Shown in pieces: positions 1-7,921 of a stretch of DNA of 29,524 bases. Source of the stretch: a virus. Its lineage: Duplodnaviria; Heunggongvirae; Uroviricota; Caudoviricetes. Each line of letters opens with the position of its first letter. The stretch's first letter is position 1. The stretch lies in IMG/VR virus record IMGVR_UViG_2693429557_000011, one strand, 5' to 3'. The notes beneath the pieces were generated by a model. It searched no databases. It had not been told where the DNA came from and worked only from the letters and a program-made list of their open reading frames with translations. The position numbers and the translations under genes were made by a program.

Positions 1-29
1 CAAAGTGATCTACTATTCCGCGCAGCTAT

Positions 30-494
30 TTAGATTCGTCTCGCCTGCCAGAAATTTTTCTGCCAATAGACATTATCAAGTGAGGAACGCATCACTCCCT
101 TGCTGGTAGAGGCGTGGATAAATTGGTTGTTGGTATCGTAAATACCTACATGCAAACCATTTTGTCCGGAACCCGTTTTGAAAAAGACCAGGTCACCAGG
201 CAGCAACTCGTCTTTATCAATTTGCGTGCCGATAGAGGCTTGTTCTTTGGTTTCTCGGGGCAGCTGCAAATCGAAACGATCGCGCATCGTTACAACCACA
301 AATCCCGAACAGTCCACACCGCGCCGCGTCATGCCACCATAACGATACGGCGTGCCATGCCAGCTTTGTAGCTGGTCGTTCAAACCGGCAATAACGGTAA
401 TCGAATCAGAAAGTCTGGCATTTGGCGGCGGTGCTTTATGGTGGCTACACCCGGCCAGAAACAGTGCTGTGATCAAAATAAGGCAGAAACGCAT
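30..494 (-). CDS. nlpC: NlpC/P60-family lipoprotein (peptidoglycan endopeptidase-like)
   Basis: 154-aa ORF with lipobox LAGC near the N-terminus and a DCSGF catalytic-Cys motif typical of NlpC/P60; lies downstream of btuD as in E. coli. Recognised from memory, not searched. Confidence 0.8.
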   Translation of the reverse strand: MRFCLILITALFLAGCSHHKAPPPNARLSDSITVIAGLNDQLQSWHGTPYRYGGMTRRGVDCSGFVVVTMRDRFDLQLPRETKEQASIGTQIDKDELLPGDLVFFKTGSGQNGLHVGIYDTNNQFIHASTSKGVMRSSLDNVYWQKNFWQARRI

Positions 495-571
495 TCCGTA
501 CGGTTCCTCTGTTTTTTATTCTTGCATTAATTTAGCGTCGTAATTACCCGATTTTCAAGATACTAATGAAA

Positions 572-1321
572 TCAGATGGTCGAAATCAGCATTCTGTGAC
601 CTTCGATATCCAGACGGCGAAAATTCATCCCATAGGCCTGCGCCAGATTTGGCGGCGTGAGCACCTCTTCTCTGCGTCCACTGGCCAGCATTTTTCCACC
701 TTTTAGCAACCACGCCCGATGCGCATGACGCAATGTGTGGTTGAGATCGTGACTGCTCATCACAATCGCCAGTCCTTGCTGACACAGAGCGCTCAGAATT
801 TTGTCTAACGCACTTTGTTGCGCAACATCAAGACTGTTCATCGGCTCATCAAGAAGCAGCAATTGGCCTGCGGGATTGGCTTGTGGTGTGATTTGCAGCA
901 CCACCGCAGCAAGACGTACGCGTTGCCATTCACCGCCGGAAAGTTGATTGGTGCTACGTCCGAGTTTGTCATCAAGAGCCAGCGCCCCTGCGACATCATT
1001 CAGTAGTTCGGTACGCGTTTTATCGTGCTGATGCAGTGTCAGATAGTGCCAGACCGGCATTGCAAACGGCGGCGTCTGCTGTTGTGAAAGATAGGCGCGA
1101 TGCAGCGCGAGTTTTGTTGCGGACCATGCTTCCAGTGGTTGCCCCGCGAACTGAATACTTCCCTTACCGCTGGTCATTCCGGCCATTCGTGCCAGTAAGG
1201 TACTCTTACCCGCGCCATTCGGCCCCACCAGGTGCAGGATCTCCCCAGCCCGAACCTCGCCAGAAAGTGGCCCCAGGCGGGTAGATTCCGCAACATCCTG
1301 TAACTGCATCACAATAGACAT
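572..1321 (-). CDS. btuD: Vitamin B12 ABC transporter ATP-binding protein
   Basis: 249-aa ORF with Walker [13 protein letters not shown] signature LSGGEWQR and Walker B LLLLDEP; operon position after btuE. Confidence 0.9.
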
Positions 1322-1872
1322 TATTTTGCCAACGCCAGTTTAATGCTTTCCATCACAATGGGGTCTTCCGGCGTCATATCCGGGGAAAAACGCTGGATGA
1401 CCAATCCGTCCCTGCCAACTAAAAATTTCTCAAAATTCCATAAAATATCATCAGGGTACAGCGGTGCACGACCTTTGCTGACCATACGGGCATAGAATCC
1501 GCTCTCTTCCGGCGCGACTGCGGTCGGCGCTGCGGCAATCAATTTTTGATACAGCGGATGGCGTCCTTCGCCGTTAACTTCAATCTTACTGAACATCGGG
1601 AACGTCACCCCCCATGTGGTGGTACAGTAAGTTTTAATCTCTTCATCGCTGCCCGGTTCTTGTTCCAGAAACTGGTTGCACGGGAATCCCAGCACCACAA
1701 AACCTCGATCGGCCCAGGCTTTCTGAATATTCTCCAACTGCTCATATTGCGGCGTTAAGCCACACTTTGAGGCGACATTGACAATCAACAGCACATTACC
1801 GGCGTACTTCTCCAGCGTGGTCACTTCACCGTCGATATCTTTCACTACGGTCGTCAGAATGGAATCTTGCAT
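1321..1872 (-). CDS. btuE: Glutathione peroxidase-family thioredoxin/glutathione peroxidase
   Basis: 183-aa ORF with [11 protein letters not shown] and FPCNQF motifs characteristic of glutathione peroxidases; start overlaps the btuD stop, sits between btuC and btuD. Confidence 0.9.
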
Positions 1873-1934
1873 CGTTTCTCCTGGGTGTGGTCAGTAAAAA
1901 TCTTAGCTTTTAATCATAGACCGTCTTTTTGCGG

Positions 1935-2915
1935 CTAACGTCCTGCTTTTAACAATAACCAGATAAACACCGGCGCACCCAACGTTGCGGTGACCACGCC
2001 AATAGGCAGCTCTGCGGCAGCTAATGCCAGGCGCGCTACAATATCGGCCAGCAGCACTGCGCTCGCCCCTGCCAGCGCGCAGCCGGGAAGTAATACGCGA
2101 TGATCGGTTAAACCACACAACCGAAGAATATGTGGGATCACCAGACCAATAAAGCCGATAGCACCCGCCAGCGCCACACTGACGCCAACCATCCAGCCGG
2201 TCGCTGCCACCAGCACATTGCGCCAGAACCACAGGGGTAAACCCAGTTGCCGCGCCGAGATCTCGCCAAGTGCTAACATATTCATCGGCCTGGACTGACA
2301 ACAGATCCACAACAACACGGGGATCAATGCCAGCATCAGCCAGCTTTGCCGCCAGTCTACGCCGCCAAAACCGCCCATCATCCAGTACATCAGCTGACGT
2401 AAATCAACAGAGGTGGAAAAGTAGATAGCCCACGTCATTAGTGCGCTACAGATAATCCCTAATGCAACGCCAGCCAGCAATAACCGACTGGTCGAAAGAT
2501 GACGACGGGCGAAACGTAAGAGTATTAAAGTGATGATAAGCGCGCCAGCAATCGCACACAGCCCTAGCGCCCAGTTGGGGAGTTGCCCTTGCCCAAGCAA
2601 TACCGCGGCGATAAGCCCCACGCCTGCGCCGTTAGAGACGCCAAGTAGTCCAGGTTCTGCCAGAGGATTTTCAAACAACGCCTGCATTACAGCGCCGGAT
2701 ATAGCCAGCGCCGCACCAACCAGCAATACAGCCAGCGTACGTGGCAGGCGAATTTGCCAGACGAACAGTTCGCCACGAGGAGTAAACCAGTCACCTGGCG
2801 AAATCCATTGTTCACCGGCGCAAAGGCTTAAGAGAAGCGCCAGCAGCATCAAAACTGACAGGCATAATAACCAGCGAATATTTTGTCGCTGTTGTTGGCG
2901 GGCAAGTGTCAGCAT
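1935..2915 (-). CDS. btuC: Vitamin B12 ABC transporter permease
   Basis: 326-aa highly hydrophobic multi-pass membrane ORF of FecCD/BtuC permease type; first gene of the btuCED cluster. Confidence 0.9.
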   Translation of the reverse strand: MLTLARQQQRQNIRWLLCLSVLMLLALLLSLCAGEQWISPGDWFTPRGELFVWQIRLPRTLAVLLVGAALAISGAVMQALFENPLAEPGLLGVSNGAGVGLIAAVLLGQGQLPNWALGLCAIAGALIITLILLRFARRHLSTSRLLLAGVALGIICSALMTWAIYFSTSVDLRQLMYWMMGGFGGVDWRQSWLMLALIPVLLWICCQSRPMNMLALGEISARQLGLPLWFWRNVLVAATGWMVGVSVALAGAIGFIGLVIPHILRLCGLTDHRVLLPGCALAGASAVLLADIVARLALAAAELPIGVVTATLGAPVFIWLLLKAGR

Positions 2916-2974
2916 GGTATCCGTTCTGCTGAAGTGTCATGGCGTTGATTTTACGGTGACTCTTCGACAGTGAA

Positions 2975-2998
2975 AAGAAAAAAGGCCGCAGAGCGGCC
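2975..2998 (-). terminator. Rho-independent terminator for a leftward transcript (GGCCGC / GCGGCC stem then U-run on the minus strand)
   Basis: Stem GGCCGC (2984-2989) and GCGGCC (2993-2998) with a 3-nt loop; a run of A on the plus strand at 2975-2983 gives a U-tract after the stem on the minus strand; lies about 110 bp downstream of the 3108-3662 gene. Confidence 0.5.
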
Positions 2999-3107
2999 AT
3001 AAACACAAACAAAAATCAATAAGTTAGGTAATTATCAAAGACTTACAGACACACAAAAACACAGCCAACCACAACAAATAACAGAGATGTGGTCAATTTG
3101 TGGATCA

Positions 3108-3662
3108 TCAGCCAACAAATTTAGCAACAAATACAGCAACCGCCGCTGTGAAAATGGTTGTGCACACTGGCACAATAATGCCACTCCAACGCCACTTCGT
3201 ATTATCATCAACCTTGTCAAACCGCCGATTCATCTCATCCATAATCTTGTCAAAGCGTTTATCCATCGCTTCGGTAAGCTCACCCTTCAGGCTGTTAATG
3301 TCTGATTTGAGCTGCTCTTTCAGGTTAGCTGTATCAGATTTAAGCTCACCTTTCAGATTCGCAATATCGCATTCAAGATCACCTTTCAGATGTGCTATGT
3401 CTGCTTTGAGTTCACCTTTCACCTCACCAACATCGGCTTTAGTTGAGAGGTTTGTAGTGCGTTCAGCAAGCGTCGCAAGGTCGTTTCTTGTTAGCGATAA
3501 ATCACCTTCGAGCCGCTCAATTCGCCTTTCAAGTTTATCTGACATTCCGCCTCCACTACTGCCGCCATCGCCACCATGATAAAGCACATCACGCTCAGAA
3601 TGCGACACACTACCTGCTGAATTACCGAAAAGATTTCTTGCTACATTACCCATTATCACCAT
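3108..3662 (-). CDS. Coiled-coil protein with five tandem 11-residue repeats and a C-terminal transmembrane anchor (XhlA-like architecture, function unknown)
   Basis: 184-aa ORF with a Gly/Ser-rich N-terminus, repeats LKGELKADIAH / LKGDLECDIAN / LKGELKSDTAN / LKEQLKSDINS / LKGELTEAMDK, and a C-terminal hydrophobic segment IIVPVCTTIFTAAVAVFVAKFV; its start overlaps the stop of the upstream gene (translational coupling). The antisense plus-strand ORF is a low-complexity Ser-rich artefact. Confidence 0.6.
   Translation of the reverse strand: MVIMGNVARNLFGNSAGSVSHSERDVLYHGGDGGSSGGGMSDKLERRIERLEGDLSLTRNDLATLAERTTNLSTKADVGEVKGELKADIAHLKGDLECDIANLKGELKSDTANLKEQLKSDINSLKGELTEAMDKRFDKIMDEMNRRFDKVDDNTKWRWSGIIVPVCTTIFTAAVAVFVAKFVG
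3276..3440. repeat. 5 x 33-bp in-frame tandem repeat inside the coiled-coil gene
   Basis: Five consecutive 33-bp units (3276-3308, 3309-3341, 3342-3374, 3375-3407, 3408-3440) sharing the core CACCTTTCAG; they encode the 11-residue protein repeats. Confidence 0.8.
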
Positions 3663-4146
3663 CCTGCGCTTTGTCTTTCTCCAACCACTTCAGCACCGCA
3701 GACGTACGATAAAGGCTCAGGTAACCACAATTCAGGCAATGCAGCGTGTAATAAGTTTTGCGCATATCAGGTATGCTCTTAACATCACCCAAAAAAGCAT
3801 AAGATACATAATGCTTTATGTTCTCTTTAATTAACTCACTCTGTTCCTCCAGGGGTAGATTGTTAAAATTTTCTGGTTTCTTATTTTTATCCCAGCAAAG
3901 ATCCATACTTTCTGGAACAGATAATCGCGACGATCCACATGAAGGGCAGACACTGGAGACCCCCTTCTCAGACAAGAAACGGAAGAAGATTTCTGGCGTA
4001 ATCTCCATCAGCCGCTCTTTATGTTTTTTGACACGACTCATCGACTTCTTATTGATTTCATCAGCTTCTTCTTTGCATTTATCTTCTATATATTTCGATA
4101 GTAAATAGTCATATAACTCTTTTTTTGTAGGTTTTTTTATTTCCAT
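3646..4146 (-). CDS. Hypothetical zinc-ribbon protein (CxxC...CxxC), AT-rich cargo gene
   Basis: 166-aa ORF with CPSCGSS and CLNCGY pairs and a Lys/Glu-rich N-terminus; visibly AT-rich compared with the flanking phage backbone; begins 3 nt after the integrase stop on the same strand. Confidence 0.55.
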   Translation of the reverse strand: MEIKKPTKKELYDYLLSKYIEDKCKEEADEINKKSMSRVKKHKERLMEITPEIFFRFLSEKGVSSVCPSCGSSRLSVPESMDLCWDKNKKPENFNNLPLEEQSELIKENIKHYVSYAFLGDVKSIPDMRKTYYTLHCLNCGYLSLYRTSAVLKWLEKDKAQDGDNG

Positions 4147-4148
4147 AG

Positions 4149-5126
4149 TTACATTCCTCCCAAGGGATTAAACCTCACCGCATCCTGCAAGTAATCCGGC
4201 GCAAGATGGGCATAAATCATCGTTGTCTGAATCTTTGCGTGCCCCAGAATTTTCTGGAGCGTCAGAATATTGCCGCCGTTCATCATGAAATGACTGGCGA
4301 AGGTGTGGCGCAGCGCATGAACAGCCTGGCCGTCAGGAACATCAGGTGCGACCGTTTTGATGACATCGCGAACCAATGAATAATCCAGCGTCGGAAACAC
4401 CAGTTTCCCGCCCCGTTTTTTGATCTTTTCAAACAGGCTTTCAGAAATAGGAACGGTACGGTTTTTGCTGTTCTTCGTTTTTGAAAAAGTGATTCGACAA
4501 TGAAGAACACGGCGCTGCTCCAGTGCCGCTACCTCGCCCCATCGCGCCCCGGTCGACAGAAGGATTTCGACGGCCAGCCGTTCATCGGGATTTTCAGCCA
4601 GTGCATCCAGCAACTGAACACATTCAGACTTACTCAGATATCCCATTTCACGCTCGTTAACCTTCATTCCTTTAAGGCCTTGAACGGGGTTATCGTTAAG
4701 AAAATGGCCGGATGAGATGAGTGCGGTAAACATCGCGCTTAACGCCCCAATCTCTCGATTTATGGTGCTGGGCTGTATCCCCTGCTCTATCCTGGACACA
4801 CGTAGCTCGGTGAGCATCGTTGTATTAAGTTTATGCACGCACGGGTCATCCATTGCCTCACTCAAGCGCAGCAATTTAAGGCGCGTGTTATGCCCTGACT
4901 TCATTAGCTGGCCGTGGTATTTCCACCACAAGTCAATAAGCACTGACAGCGGACGGCGATCAATGGAGTTTCCTTTCCACTCATTGTTATGCTGTTGCGC
5001 CAGCACCCACCGCTCATATAAAACTGCATCCGATTTCGTTTTAAATTTTTTGCGAATGCGTTTGCCTTTACGCCCCTCAGGACGCATGTCAAGAAGATAC
5101 CCTCCCGGAATTGATTTTATGCTCAT
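4149..5126 (-). CDS. int: P2-type tyrosine integrase
   Basis: C-terminal catalytic box AVHALRHTFASHF ... LGHAKIQTTMIYAHL (R, H-x-x-R, Y) and overall similarity to P2 Int. Start taken at the internal Met (MSIKSIPGG...), which parallels the P2 Int N-terminus and avoids overlap with the C gene; the longer ORF to 5276 is less likely. Confidence 0.9.
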   Translation of the reverse strand: MSIKSIPGGYLLDMRPEGRKGKRIRKKFKTKSDAVLYERWVLAQQHNNEWKGNSIDRRPLSVLIDLWWKYHGQLMKSGHNTRLKLLRLSEAMDDPCVHKLNTTMLTELRVSRIEQGIQPSTINREIGALSAMFTALISSGHFLNDNPVQGLKGMKVNEREMGYLSKSECVQLLDALAENPDERLAVEILLSTGARWGEVAALEQRRVLHCRITFSKTKNSKNRTVPISESLFEKIKKRGGKLVFPTLDYSLVRDVIKTVAPDVPDGQAVHALRHTFASHFMMNGGNILTLQKILGHAKIQTTMIYAHLAPDYLQDAVRFNPLGGM

Positions 5127-5175
5127 TCGTGAAGCCCCAGCGTTACAAGACCACCATGCCCCCAGCGTTCCATGA

Positions 5176-5487
5176 TTAGCCGGGCTGTGTGCCAGTCTTG
5201 CGGGATTTTTGAGAAGACGATGTGTTTTCTGGCCCATCAGGGGAGAGAGAAGGACTGATCTGCCCAGCAGCCTCATTTGTTTCGTTACTCATCAACCACG
5301 TAGTGTATTTTTTAAATTCCGGGTGCATTGTGATTTTCAGTAAAACCTCCGTTCCCACACCTCGAATACCAGTCTCGTATTGCTTAACCGTACCAACCGC
5401 AATACCTATTGAATCCGCGAACTTTGCCTGACTAAGCCCCTCAGATTCTCGAATTGCTTTTAGCTTCTTTGATATCTCTATTGACAT
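5176..5487 (-). CDS. Immunity repressor, P2 C-like (XRE-type HTH)
   Basis: About 103 aa from the internal Met (MSIEISKKLKAIRESEGLSQAKFADSIGIAVGTVKQYETG), a classic helix-turn-helix; sits directly upstream of int on the same strand and faces the cox-like gene, as C does in P2. Confidence 0.75.
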   Translation of the reverse strand: MSIEISKKLKAIRESEGLSQAKFADSIGIAVGTVKQYETGIRGVGTEVLLKITMHPEFKKYTTWLMSNETNEAAGQISPSLSPDGPENTSSSQKSRKTGTQPG

Positions 5488-5518
5488 GGTGTGCACCTGA
5501 ATACTATATTGGTTATCA
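5481..5518 (+). promoter_or_regulatory. Candidate early rightward promoter (Pe-like): -35 TTGACA (5481-5486), -10 TATATT (5505-5510), with repeat GGTTATCA at the predicted start site
   Basis: Consensus -35 hexamer with 18-bp spacing to a good -10; the -35 overlaps the C start codon, consistent with face-to-face Pe/Pc in P2-like switches. GGTTATCA occurs twice (5511-5518 and 5571-5578). Confidence 0.45.
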
Positions 5519-5582
5519 GTTGAGTACCACTTGACGCTACAAAGAGCCACAAATAGCACCAGATTGAATAGGTTATCACACC

Positions 5583-5861
5583 ATGGCAAAAGTCCTTAAC
5601 ACATACGAACAAGCGGATTTTGAGCGTTTGGCGGCGTTCTACCCATACCGTAATGAACATGGGCTACCGGTACTTGAAGAAAGCCTAGAGGATTATGCGA
5701 AACGCACAAATCAAAGCATTCTCGCTGTAAGAAGGCAGGCTGATAGATCGGTAATTCCCGTTACTCAAGAAGGAAGAAACACAAAACGCAAAGTAAATCT
5801 CTTCGCAATTTTCCTGAAAACCATCAGAAACGCAGAGAAATACGTGCAGATGACAAAATAA
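5583..5861 (+). CDS. Cox-like early regulator (positional assignment; no clear sequence similarity to P2 Cox recognised)
   Basis: 92-aa first gene of the rightward early operon, divergent from the C repressor; ATG preceded by a short purine-rich stretch. Confidence 0.4.
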   Translation: MAKVLNTYEQADFERLAAFYPYRNEHGLPVLEESLEDYAKRTNQSILAVRRQADRSVIPVTQEGRNTKRKVNLFAIFLKTIRNAEKYVQMTK

Positions 5862-5875
5862 CGAGGTGTCATTTT

Positions 5876-6214
5876 ATGCTGAAGCAACGCCGTAATTTTT
5901 GTACCGGAACAGAACGCCACGCTAACCGTTTCACTACCAGTGCATCACGCAGCAACATCCGCTACAGCCTGAGTGATACACACGCAACGCCGGATGGCTA
6001 CCCAGTAAAACAAATCGGCGAGCACGCCTGGCTGATTGAGAAAGCTGGAATCGTGATCCACAAATGCCCACGCAATCCGTTTACCGGAAACCGCATTTTT
6101 GCACTGAGCTGTGGCGACAATCAGTTCGGGCAGGATTTCACATTATACGAAGCACTTCGCACGGTTGATCGTCTGCTTCGCGGGCAAAGTTTTATTAAAC
6201 AGGCTGATTTATAA
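5876..6214 (+). CDS. Hypothetical early protein
   Basis: 112-aa ORF in the early operon; no family recognised. Confidence 0.4.
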   Translation: MLKQRRNFCTGTERHANRFTTSASRSNIRYSLSDTHATPDGYPVKQIGEHAWLIEKAGIVIHKCPRNPFTGNRIFALSCGDNQFGQDFTLYEALRTVDRLLRGQSFIKQADL

Positions 6215-6224
6215 CAGGTGCTTT

Positions 6225-6512
6225 ATGACCAAAGACAATGCACAAGGTGTATTTATCCGTTTTATTGATTTTCGCGGTGAACTGTTATTACGTGCATCCG
6301 CTATTGACGGAGTGACTCCGGCGGGTAAAAACGGAGCCGACGAAGCCACTTACGTTTATCTGAACGGCACGCGACTGCTTGTGGAACTTCCGTACCAGAC
6401 CGTACGAGAAATCATCAGCGAAGATGAAAAGGCACGCCAGGTTAATGGCGATGAACCCTATATCGAAATTATTTGTATGGATTCAGAAGCTGAAATACAG
6501 AAAGCAGATTAA
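6225..6512 (+). CDS. Hypothetical early protein
   Basis: 95 aa from the internal ATG at 6225 (MTKDNAQGVF...); acidic C-terminus; the upstream extension to 6111 overlaps the previous gene and is less plausible. Confidence 0.4.
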   Translation: MTKDNAQGVFIRFIDFRGELLLRASAIDGVTPAGKNGADEATYVYLNGTRLLVELPYQTVREIISEDEKARQVNGDEPYIEIICMDSEAEIQKAD

Positions 6513-6520
6513 AGGGCGTT

Positions 6521-6766
6521 GTGATGGGCAAAGAATATAAAACTCTCATTAACAAAGCACTTGAGCGTTTTTATTTTCGCTTAAGTGCATCAGGCGCTCA
6601 TGCTGAACGTGCGGCCCGTGACTCATTGACCAGAGCAATCCGAAGTCTGTATGACGTGGCTTTTTACGCTGATGATCTGGATGCACTTAACGAACTTTCC
6701 GAGCTGATCTGTGCCGCAGAATGCGGGGAACATATTGAACCGTATAAGCTGGGAAATATCGCATGA
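6521..6766 (+). CDS. Hypothetical early protein
   Basis: 81-aa ORF, GTG/ATG start at 6521/6524; its stop overlaps the start of the next small ORF (ATGA). Confidence 0.4.
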   Translation: MMGKEYKTLINKALERFYFRLSASGAHAERAARDSLTRAIRSLYDVAFYADDLDALNELSELICAAECGEHIEPYKLGNIA

Positions 6767-6876
6767 GTATATTTATTTCATGGCTTGTTCTGATTATTTC
6801 GGTGGTCTGCGCCATTGGGATTATGCGAATTATTAATTCAGTAAAAAAGATTGAACGCTTTTTCACTGAAGAATAA
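6763..6876 (+). CDS. Possible small hydrophobic protein (37 aa, single predicted membrane helix)
   Basis: Translates to MSIFISWLVLIISVVCAIGIMRIINSVKKIERFFTEE; start coupled to the upstream stop; too short for the ORF track, so low confidence. Confidence 0.25.
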   Translation: MSIFISWLVLIISVVCAIGIMRIINSVKKIERFFTEE

Positions 6877-6962
6877 CCGCGCAAATAAGACCCCAGGTTA
6901 AATAAGAAAATGTGAAAACAATCCGCATTCGCGGAGGTATTCGCACACGCCAAGGAGGCGTA

Positions 6963-7166
6963 ATGGCAATTAAGCATTTTCCTGTCGTTCGTTTCACCTC
7001 CAGAGGACGTGAATACGAAGTTGACGAACGCCTGATTACCACAATCGACAAACACCGTTCAGAAAAGGATGCACATCATATCTATCTCACTGACGGCACT
7101 TACTTCTGCGCCACCAACGTGGTGCAGGTGAATCTTATCAGACAGGTACAGGAGTCACGCAGATGA
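6963..7166 (+). CDS. Hypothetical early protein
   Basis: 67 aa from the ATG at 6963, preceded by a strong Shine-Dalgarno AAGGAGG; its stop overlaps the next start. Confidence 0.45.
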   Translation: MAIKHFPVVRFTSRGREYEVDERLITTIDKHRSEKDAHHIYLTDGTYFCATNVVQVNLIRQVQESRR

Positions 7167-7408
7167 CCATTCTGGACTACATCGCTGCCAATCCGGGTTG
7201 TAGCAGTGGAGAAATCGCCGCAGCACTGAATACACCAACCACAACCATTAATGCGGAGCTACGCCGTCTCTGGCGCAGCGGTTTAGTCACAAGAAAAGAG
7301 CGCAAAACAGGCGGTCGCTTTTCTTATCAGGTAAACCTGATGCCGTTTGGGTGTAGCAACCCACTAACCCAGATGTTCAACCAGCTACTGAGGGAAATCA
7401 GAGCATGA
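7163..7408 (+). CDS. Hypothetical small DNA-binding-like protein (possible winged helix)
   Basis: 81-aa ORF; the segment SSGEIAAALNTPTTTINAELRRLWRSGLVTRKE resembles a winged-helix recognition region; start overlaps the previous stop. Confidence 0.4.
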   Translation: MTILDYIAANPGCSSGEIAAALNTPTTTINAELRRLWRSGLVTRKERKTGGRFSYQVNLMPFGCSNPLTQMFNQLLREIRA

Positions 7409-7549
7409 GCACCTCCAACTGCCGGAAACCACGTCGGGCTTCAGCAGCTCATCCGGCAGCAAAACAAACTCCATTAATTCCTGTTCCGGGCCTTTCCTGC
7501 ACCTTGCGGCGGGAGGCCTTCGCACATCTGTAACAAGAGGATTGCCGCA

Positions 7550-7915
7550 ATGATTCTCGCCAACGACTTTCTTGAATACCTGCTCAACACAGAGCGTGAT
7601 CTTGCCGCTCGCGTGCGTGATCGTTATGACATGTACCTGAAATCCCTGCCTGTACCGCAGCTCGCTGACGGAAAGATTGTTATTGATGGTCGCTACATGA
7701 TTGACAGCCACGAGGGAAATTACAGGCTTTACCGCATTGAAGGTGGCACCCCGTCCGTTATTGGCATTTACCAGCGCCCATCCTCTGCAATCGTCGATGT
7801 GATTGCCGACAGCATCCGCATCACACATCGCCATGCCGACACAGAAGACACCGTGCTGGAAATTCAGCGGCTGGCTACAGTCTGCCGCGACACCCTGAAT
7901 GGCATGACGAAGTAA
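7550..7915 (+). CDS. Hypothetical early protein immediately upstream of the replication gene
   Basis: 121-aa ORF ending 7 nt before the A-like gene start. Confidence 0.45.
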   Translation: MILANDFLEYLLNTERDLAARVRDRYDMYLKSLPVPQLADGKIVIDGRYMIDSHEGNYRLYRIEGGTPSVIGIYQRPSSAIVDVIADSIRITHRHADTEDTVLEIQRLATVCRDTLNGMTK

Positions 7916-7921
7916 ATCACT

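Noticed and set aside
2916-3107. tRNA gene at the prophage insertion site
   Set aside because: No tRNA-like sequence is apparent by eye; not scanned computationally, so absence is low-confidence.
3276-3440. Possible CRISPR array, considered because of regular 33-bp periodicity
   Set aside because: Units are directly adjacent with no spacers, lie entirely within an ORF, and the period is a multiple of three; no cas genes nearby.
3100-3579. 159-aa plus-strand ORF across the tandem-repeat region
   Set aside because: Ser/Pro/Phe-rich low-complexity mirror of the repeat; the minus-strand frame gives a coherent coiled-coil plus membrane anchor and is translationally coupled to its neighbour.
4717-5175. 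152-aa plus-strand ORF inside the integrase gene
   Set aside because: Antisense to a strongly supported tyrosine integrase; no motifs.
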